NCBI GenBank assembly: GCA_965228475.1
Contig: OZ245817.1
Coordinates: 4,608,001-4,672,000 of the forward strand
Direction of reading: 5' to 3'
DNA length: 64,000 nt
Source: Myxococcota bacterium
Lineage (GTDB): Bacteria; Myxococcota_A; UBA9160; JAFDDA01
A program made the translations under genes and the position numbers. The notes below the pieces were generated by a model. The model searched no databases and was not told the DNA's origin. It saw nothing but the letters and a program-made list of their open reading frames with translations. Numbering within the stretch: position 1 is the stretch's first letter; every line of letters starts with the position of its first letter. This document shows, piece by piece, positions 57,602 through 64,000 of this stretch.

Positions 57602-59239
57602 ATGCTCACCTCGCAGCGCACGCAGACCGGCTCGCCGTTGCGGAGCGAGCGTTCGTGCGTCGTGGCGCGGCGCGGGCTCGTCGCCTCGAGCGTCCCGATC
57701 GCGAGCGCCGCGGGCGTCGAGACGCTCGCACGCGGCGGCAACGCCATCGACGCCGCGATCGCGACCGCCGCCACGCTGTGCGTGGTCGAGCCGATGTCGA
57801 CGGGGCTCGGCGGCGACGCCTTCGCGCTGGTCGGCAGCGCTCGGGATGGGACGCTGCGCTCGCTGAACGGGAGCGGCCGCGCGCCCGCGGGTGCCACCGT
57901 CGAGGCCTACCGCCAGGCCGGGCACGAGCGCGTCCCGGAGCGCGGGATCCTCTCGGCGACGGTGCCCGGCGCCGTGCACGCCTGGGAGACGCTCGCGGCC
58001 GAGCTCGGTGCCCTGCCCCTCGCCGAGACCCTCGAGCCGGCGATCCGGGCCGCGGAAGAAGGCTTCGCTGTGAGCGAGCTCGTCGCCCACTACTGGTCAC
58101 TGCTCGAACGCACCAGCAACCTCCGGAACGACGCCGCGCGCAAGACCTGGGCACCGAACGGCGCGGCCCCGAGCGCCGGCGAGTGGTTCCGCGCTCCCGG
58201 CCAGGCGCGCACCCTGCGCGCCATCGCCGAGGGCGGCGCCGAGGCCTTCTACCGCGGCGAGGCGGCCGAGGCGATCGTCGCGACGTCGCGCGAGGAAGGC
58301 GGGTTCTTCGAACTCGACGACCTCGCCCAACACAGCTCGACCTGGACCGAGCCGATCACGACGCAGTACCGCGGCGTGACCGTCGCCGAGCATCCGCCGA
58401 ACGGACAGGGCATCGCGGCGCTCATCGCCTTGAACACGCTCGAGCAGCTCGGGCCGGCCGCCGGTGCCACGAGCGCCCTCGACTGGCACCGCCGCATCGA
58501 GGCCGTGAAGCTCGCCTACGCCGACCGCGACGCCTTCGTCGCGGACCCGGAACACGCAGAGGTCCCGACGGAAGCGCTGCTCTCGGAACGCTACGCCGCG
58601 GAGCGGGCCGCCCTCGTCGGCGACCGCGCCCTCGAGCTGGCGCGCGCGGGCTCTCCCCACGGCGACACCGTCTACTGCTGCGCCGCCGACGAGCACGGCA
58701 ACCTGGTCTCCTTCATCCAGAGCCTCTTCATGGGGTTCGGTTCGGGCATCGCGTGCGGGGATACCGGGGTGATGCTCCAGAATCGCGGCGCCGGCTTCCG
58801 GCTCGACCCGGACCACCCGAACGCCCTCGCGCCGGGCAAGCGCCCCTTCCACACGATCATCCCGGGCATGCTCCTGCGCGACGGAACGCCGTGGATGGCC
58901 TTCGGCATCATGGGCGGCGACATCCAGGCCCAGGCCCACGTGGGCTTCGTCTCGGGCGTGGTCGACCACGGGCTGAACCCGCAGGAGGCGCTCGACCGGG
59001 CGCGCTTCCGCTTCCTCGACGGGAGGCGGGTCGTGGTGGAAGCGCCGGGTGCCGAGATCGACGAAGGCGGAACGCTCGGCGCCGCGCTCGAAGCGCGCGG
59101 TCACGACGTCGTCGCGCCGGCGGCGGTGATGGTGGATCAGTTCGGCGGCGGACAGGCGATCGCGCGCGAGGAGGACGGCACCCTCGTCGGCGGGAGCGAC
59201 CGGCGCAAGGACGGCTGCGCCCAGGGGTGGTTCGCGTGA
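57602..59239 (+). CDS. ggt: gamma-glutamyltransferase
   Basis: GGNAIDAA, GLGGD, TVPG, PPNGQG, GDT nucleophile, LQNRG, PFHTIIP, MGG. Confidence 0.95.
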   Translation: MLTSQRTQTGSPLRSERSCVVARRGLVASSVPIASAAGVETLARGGNAIDAAIATAATLCVVEPMSTGLGGDAFALVGSARDGTLRSLNGSGRAPAGATVEAYRQAGHERVPERGILSATVPGAVHAWETLAAELGALPLAETLEPAIRAAEEGFAVSELVAHYWSLLERTSNLRNDAARKTWAPNGAAPSAGEWFRAPGQARTLRAIAEGGAEAFYRGEAAEAIVATSREEGGFFELDDLAQHSSTWTEPITTQYRGVTVAEHPPNGQGIAALIALNTLEQLGPAAGATSALDWHRRIEAVKLAYADRDAFVADPEHAEVPTEALLSERYAAERAALVGDRALELARAGSPHGDTVYCCAADEHGNLVSFIQSLFMGFGSGIACGDTGVMLQNRGAGFRLDPDHPNALAPGKRPFHTIIPGMLLRDGTPWMAFGIMGGDIQAQAHVGFVSGVVDHGLNPQEALDRARFRFLDGRRVVVEAPGAEIDEGGTLGAALEARGHDVVAPAAVMVDQFGGGQAIAREEDGTLVGGSDRRKDGCAQGWFA

Positions 59240-59991
59240 GCGGCGGCGGGAAGAGCGAGAACACGGAGCCCGGGAGCACCTACCGCACCGAGGTGCAGCG
59301 CCGCGCCAGCTCGGCGGCGCAGATCACCCTGCTCCGGCACGGCGAGCCGGATTGGAACCCGCGCGGCGGTGAATCGGTCGGGGACCCGGGCCTCACGCCC
59401 TACGGCCACGAACAGGCCCGCCTCGCCGCGGAGGCCCTCCGCCGGGATCCCATCGACGCGATCTTCGTGAGCCCCTATCGCCGCAGCCAGGAGACGGCCG
59501 CGCCGCTCGTCGAGGCGACGGGCCTTGCGCCGGTGACCGTGCCGGACCTGCGCGAGATCGGCGTGAACGTGGTCGGGCTCTCCCAGGAGGACGTCGACCA
59601 GTACTTCGTCGAGGCGGCGCGGCGGCCGCTCGAAGAGCACTGGGACGGCTGGCCGGACTCCGAGCGCTTCACCGACTTTCACGCGCGCGTCACCGGCGCG
59701 CTCGCCGACCTCGCGAGCGGGCTCGGCTTCCGCTCCGAGAAGGAAGAGGACTTCACGGTCTGGCACACGCCGGACCCGGCGCCGCACATCGTGATCGTGG
59801 CCCATGGCGGCACGAACGCCGTGCTCGCGACCCACCTGCTCGACATCCGCCCGGTCCCCTGGGAGTGGCTCCGCTTCGAGAGTCAGCTCGCCGCCTACTC
59901 GGTGCTGCAGGCGCGCCAGCTCGGGAGCCGCGGGCACGTCTGGTCGCTCGTCAACTTCAACGAGCTCGACCACCTCCGCCCGCTCCCCTAG
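59236..59991 (+). CDS. histidine phosphatase (phosphoglycerate mutase) family protein
   Basis: LLRHGE, SPYRRSQET, LRE, VAHGG; GTGA overlap with ggt. Confidence 0.9.
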   Translation: MSGGGKSENTEPGSTYRTEVQRRASSAAQITLLRHGEPDWNPRGGESVGDPGLTPYGHEQARLAAEALRRDPIDAIFVSPYRRSQETAAPLVEATGLAPVTVPDLREIGVNVVGLSQEDVDQYFVEAARRPLEEHWDGWPDSERFTDFHARVTGALADLASGLGFRSEKEEDFTVWHTPDPAPHIVIVAHGGTNAVLATHLLDIRPVPWEWLRFESQLAAYSVLQARQLGSRGHVWSLVNFNELDHLRPLP

Positions 59992-60698
59992 AGCAGCTCG
60001 CGGATGTGGTGGATCGTGGCGTGCGGCTGCTCGGGCGGCTTCGGCGGACGGCCCGCGCGCTTCTTGTCGATCCAGACGGCGCGGATGCCGAGGCGCTGCG
60101 GGCCGACGACGTCGGCCTCGTAGTTGTCGCCGACCATCAGGCAGCGGCCCGGCTCCACCCCGAGTGCAGAGAGGACGTTCCGGTACGCGGCGGGCTCGGG
60201 CTTGCCGAGACCGAACTCGCCCTCGACCTGGATGTGATCGAAGAGATGCCCGAGCTCGAAACGCTCGATCTTGGCGCGCTGGGGCGCCCGGCCTCCGTTG
60301 GTGACGAGGGCGAGGCGCGGAACGCGCTCCCGAAGTTCGAGCAGCACCTCCCGCGCGCCCGGCAGGAAGCGCTGACGGCGCTCCCGAAGCGCGGTGTGGG
60401 TCTCGGCGGCCGCCCGGGCGAGGGCCTCGTCGTGCACGCCGAAGGCCGCGAGCGCGCGCGTGAGGAACTCGCCGCGGGCACGGGCGAGGTCCTGGCGGCC
60501 CCAGCGGTGGCGCTCGTCGTCGGCCCAGAACCAATCCGCCTGGCGCCCGACCTCCTGGGCGAGTGCCTCCCGGTCGAGCGCGGGGTGTGCTGCGAGCATC
60601 TGGGCGATCGCGGCGTCCCACGCCTCCTGGTAGCCGGCCGCGTCGTCGAGGATCGTGTCGTCGAGGTCGAGCAGGAGTGCGTCGAGTGATCCCAGCAC
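59988..60698 (-). CDS. HAD family hydrolase
   Basis: DLDDTI, VTNG, KPEP, MVGDNYEAD. Confidence 0.92.
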   Translation of the reverse strand: MLGSLDALLLDLDDTILDDAAGYQEAWDAAIAQMLAAHPALDREALAQEVGRQADWFWADDERHRWGRQDLARARGEFLTRALAAFGVHDEALARAAAETHTALRERRQRFLPGAREVLLELRERVPRLALVTNGGRAPQRAKIERFELGHLFDHIQVEGEFGLGKPEPAAYRNVLSALGVEPGRCLMVGDNYEADVVGPQRLGIRAVWIDKKRAGRPPKPPEQPHATIHHIRELL

Positions 60699-60720
60699 GG
60701 CGGCAGTGTACCTTCCCGCC

Positions 60721-62166
60721 ATGATCCTGCTGCGCTTCTCCGGCGACATCAGCACCAAGTCGCGCGTCACGTGGTCCCGCATGGTCGACCGCATGCTCGG
60801 CAACGTGCGCGACGCGCTCGCCGCCGAGGGCGTCCGCGGGAAGGTCCACCGCACGCGCAACCGGATCTACGTCGACGCCGACGGGCCCGAGGCTACGGCG
60901 GTGCTCACCCGCGTATTCGGCATCCAATCCGTCTCCCCCGTCGAGGCGCGTTTCCCGGAGGATCTCGACCGGATCCTCGCCGAGGGGGCGGCGCTCTTCC
61001 GCGAACGCGTCGCCGGCCGCCGCTTCGCCGTGCGCTCGCGCCGCGTGGGCGCCAAGCAGGAGGGCGCGCTTCGCTCGAGCGTCGTCGAGCGGGAGCTCGG
61101 CACCGCCCTGCTCCCGGGCGCCGCCGGGGTCGACCTCGGAAACCCCGAGGTCACGGTTCACGTCGAGCTCTGCGAGGGCGAGGCGTATCTCTTCGCCGAG
61201 CGGATCCCCGGGCCCGGCGGGCTGCCGCTCGGCGTCGAAGGACGCGCGGTAGCCCTGGTCTCGGGCGGCTTCGACTCCGCCGTCGCCGCCTGGCACGTGA
61301 TGAAGCGCGGCGTCCACCTCGACCACGTCTTCTGCAACCTCGGCGGCGTGACCCACGAGCTCGGCACCCTGCGCGTGATGAAGGTCGTGGCGGACCGCTG
61401 GAGCTACGGCGACCAGCCGCTCTTCCACGCGATCGATTTCGCGCCGCTGCTCGACGAGATCCGGGCGCGCTGCGAACAGAGGTATTGGCAGGTGCTGCTG
61501 AAGCGCCTGATGTTGCGGGCGGCCGATCGCGTGGCCGCCGAACGCCGCTGCTCGGCCATCATCACCGGCGAAGCGATCGGCCAGGTCTCCTCGCAGACGC
61601 TGAGCAACCTGAACGTGATCAGCCAGGCCGCGCGGAACACGGTGCTCCGGCCGCTCGCGACCTACAACAAGGAAGACATCATCGCCGAGTCGAAGCTCAT
61701 CGGGACCCACGACCTCTCGAAGGTCGTCGGTGAGTACTGCGCGATCGTGCCGCGCAAGCCGGCGACGCACTCCTCGCTCACGGTCATCCAGCGGGAAGAG
61801 GAGAAGATGGACCTCGGCCTGCTCGACACGGCCCTGGCCGGGCGCCGCGTGATCGACCTGCGCGACCTCTCGCTCGACGCCATGAGCGCCCCCGAGCTCG
61901 ACACCACCGAGATCCCGCCGGACGCCCACGTCATCGACCTGCGCGCGAAGCCCGCCTACGCCGAGTGGCACTGGCCCGAGGCGGTGCGGCTCGACTTCGC
62001 CGAGGCGCTGCGCGTGGTGCCCTCGCTCGACCGCAGCCGCGCCTACGTCCTCTACTGCGAGTTCGGGTTGATGAGCGCCCACCTGGCCGAGCTCATGCAA
62101 CGGGAGGGCCTGCGCGCCCACCACGTCCGCGGCGGCATTCGCGCCGTGCGGGCCCTCGCCGAATAG
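60721..62166 (+). CDS. thiI: tRNA 4-thiouridine synthase (THUMP + PP-loop + rhodanese)
   Basis: SGGFDS, TGEAIGQVSSQT, RPL, EYC, C-terminal rhodanese LYCEFG. Confidence 0.93.
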   Translation: MILLRFSGDISTKSRVTWSRMVDRMLGNVRDALAAEGVRGKVHRTRNRIYVDADGPEATAVLTRVFGIQSVSPVEARFPEDLDRILAEGAALFRERVAGRRFAVRSRRVGAKQEGALRSSVVERELGTALLPGAAGVDLGNPEVTVHVELCEGEAYLFAERIPGPGGLPLGVEGRAVALVSGGFDSAVAAWHVMKRGVHLDHVFCNLGGVTHELGTLRVMKVVADRWSYGDQPLFHAIDFAPLLDEIRARCEQRYWQVLLKRLMLRAADRVAAERRCSAIITGEAIGQVSSQTLSNLNVISQAARNTVLRPLATYNKEDIIAESKLIGTHDLSKVVGEYCAIVPRKPATHSSLTVIQREEEKMDLGLLDTALAGRRVIDLRDLSLDAMSAPELDTTEIPPDAHVIDLRAKPAYAEWHWPEAVRLDFAEALRVVPSLDRSRAYVLYCEFGLMSAHLAELMQREGLRAHHVRGGIRAVRALAE

Positions 62167-62178
62167 AACCCGCCGCTC

Positions 62179-63201
62179 TCAGTGCGGCGACCCGGTGCCC
62201 TCGGTCCGCTCGAGCATCTCGACGCGGCGAACCTCCTCCGCCTCGAAGTGCGCCGCGCGCAGCTCGGCGTGGACGCGGGCACGCTCGGCGGGGTCGTCGA
62301 TCTCCGCGAGGGTGGCGTCGCGCTCGGCGCGGTAGGCCGCGACCCGCTCGGCGAAACGCGCGCGCGAGGCATCGAGCTCCCGCAGCCGCGCCGCCGCCTC
62401 GGGGCCGAGCTGCTCCTCGCGCAGGGCGTCGATCTCGGACTCGGAGGCGCCGGCCTCGCGCAGGGCCTCGACCTCGGCGCTGTGACGCAGCACCGAGGAC
62501 GCCCGCGCGCGCACGTCCCGGACGCGCTCGGGGAAGGACGCCTCGAGGGCCTCGAGCTGCGCGCGGCGGGTTTCCTCGTCGAGAGCCGGGTCCTCGATGA
62601 CGCGCTTGCGCTCGAGATAGACGCGCAGGGCATCTTCGTCCTCTCCGAAGAGCCGTTCCGCGACTTCGGCGCCGAAGTGCTCCCGCCGCAGCTCCCGGAC
62701 CCACTGCAGGCGCCGCTCCATCGCCGCGGAGCCGGCCAGGCCCGGCGCGGTGAACTCCTCCTGGGCCGCTTCCCGGAACGCCTGGAAGCGGTGCAGGAAG
62801 GCGTGCGCCTCCCCCTCGGCCGGCGGGGAGAGCCGCTCGGAGATGGCCGCCTCGATTCGCGCCAGAATCTCCTCCTGGCTCTCCTCGTTCGACGCCGAGA
62901 AGAAGTACTCGAAGAAGATCAGCGCGTCGCGATCGGGAACGAAGTGCCCGGAGGCGTCCACCGTGAGCCCGCCGGAGGGCGTCGTCCCCCGGAGCCCGCG
63001 CGGGAGCGGCTTCGGCCCCTTGGCGAGCACCTTGCCGGCCTCGATGGCCTCGACCGGCATCTCGGGCTCGGTGAGCGCGGCGGAGGGTGCCGAGGCCGGC
63101 GCTTCCGGCGAGCCCGGTTCCGGCGAGCCCGGGTCACGGAGAAGGCTCCAGGCAGCGACGGCCGCCAGGGCGAGAACGACGATCACGGCCGCGGGTTTCA
63201 T
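62179..63201 (-). CDS. lipase-specific foldase (Lif/LipH chaperone)
   Basis: N-terminal TM, LRGTTPSG, FFEYFFS (RxxFDYFL-like), LFG, AAARLRELD; directly downstream of the lipase. Confidence 0.88.
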   Translation of the reverse strand: MKPAAVIVVLALAAVAAWSLLRDPGSPEPGSPEAPASAPSAALTEPEMPVEAIEAGKVLAKGPKPLPRGLRGTTPSGGLTVDASGHFVPDRDALIFFEYFFSASNEESQEEILARIEAAISERLSPPAEGEAHAFLHRFQAFREAAQEEFTAPGLAGSAAMERRLQWVRELRREHFGAEVAERLFGEDEDALRVYLERKRVIEDPALDEETRRAQLEALEASFPERVRDVRARASSVLRHSAEVEALREAGASESEIDALREEQLGPEAAARLRELDASRARFAERVAAYRAERDATLAEIDDPAERARVHAELRAAHFEAEEVRRVEMLERTEGTGSPH

Positions 63202-63271
63202 GCCGCAACGATCCCTCGCCGGGGCGGGCCTGTCGACCCTCCGCCGGGATCTTTCCGCCTGCCGTCGGAAC

Positions 63272-64000
63272 TCAGGGCTCGATGTTCACCAGGCGCTCGG
63301 CATGGTTGCGGAAGAGCGTCTTCGGGTTCGTCTCGAGGATCGAAACCAGGCCGACCATCTGGTTCACCTCGTCGAGGTGGTTCATCCGGTAGTCGTCGCC
63401 GATCACCTCGCCGAACTGCGAGCTGCACACCGTCACGAGCCCGTCGTTGTCTTCGAACAGGCCGTAGAAGAGGCTCGCGGTGTTCAGCAGGAGGTCGCTC
63501 GGGTCGAGGGCGTTCGTGCTGATCCGCGCGCCGAGCAGCCCGACGATGTCGCCCGTCCAGGAGTAGAAGCGCACGCCGTTCACTTCGTGGGCGCCGTCGT
63601 GGCAGCCCGCGGGCAGACCCGCCGGGAAGTCCGTGTTGAACTGGGCGACGTCGTTCAGGAACTCGAAGCCGGCCTTCCAATCGAGGGGGTCCGTGCTCCC
63701 GGTGATGAGCCGCGCGAAGTCCTCGAGGAGCGGGCCGAAGAAGTTCAGCAGCGCGCCGAGGATGTTGCCCTGCTCGTCGATGTTCCCGCTGATGAAACCC
63801 GCGAGGTCCGCGCCCTTGTGCGGCGAGGCCACGGTGGTGACCGAGCGCACGAGGTCCGGCCGCACGCCCGCGACGTAGCGCGCATCGAGCCCGCCCTGGC
63901 TGTGGCCGATCAGGTGGACCTTGGCGTGGCCGGTGGTCGCGAGGATGTCCTCGATCTGGGTGAGCAGGGATGCGCCGCGCGCGTAGCTCGAGTTGACCGG
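63272..64000 (-). CDS. triacylglycerol lipase, Pseudomonas/Burkholderia family I type (C-terminal part; runs off window end)
   Basis: Manual translation: KVHLIGHSQGGLDARYVA...SPHKG...NDGLV..CSS.FG...MNHLDEVNQ. Confidence 0.93.
   Translation of the reverse strand, partial: PVNSSYARGASLLTQIEDILATTGHAKVHLIGHSQGGLDARYVAGVRPDLVRSVTTVASPHKGADLAGFISGNIDEQGNILGALLNFFGPLLEDFARLITGSTDPLDWKAGFEFLNDVAQFNTDFPAGLPAGCHDGAHEVNGVRFYSWTGDIVGLLGARISTNALDPSDLLLNTASLFYGLFEDNDGLVTVCSSQFGEVIGDDYRMNHLDEVNQMVGLVSILETNPKTLFRNHAERLVNIEP

Overview
A 64-kb window of GC-rich bacterial chromosome. Gene content and style suggest a Myxococcota/deltaproteobacteria-like organism, but that is inference only. I can support about 55 CDSs and found no rRNA, tRNA, CRISPR array or recognisable transposase. 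Housekeeping genes include thiC behind a TPP riboswitch, cofG/cofH, a sulfite reductase hemoprotein, folB, argD, an AMP nucleosidase-like gene, an exonuclease-DinG fusion, pal, ggt, thiI and a lipase with its foldase. These are interleaved with many peptidases and several accessory blocks. The most striking element is a tightly coupled five-gene minus-strand cassette at about 22.7-29.4 kb: an Lgt-like diacylglyceryl transferase, a CPBP/Abi intramembrane protease, a 4-His membrane protein, a lipoprotein RHS/YD-repeat protein and a rhomboid protease. The RHS post-DPxG cargo is a 105-aa almost entirely hydrophobic peptide ending in Cys/TM helix/Arg-rich tail, and the rhomboid sits where an immunity gene normally would. 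Other notable items are a DnaA paralogue that has lost its sensor I, arginine-finger and sensor II residues and has an altered DNA-recognition helix, a TPP riboswitch with an abnormally extended P5 arm, a metalloprotease gene split by a +1 frameshift in a G run, and two short tandem-repeat arrays. All family calls come from motif recognition by eye, not database searches.
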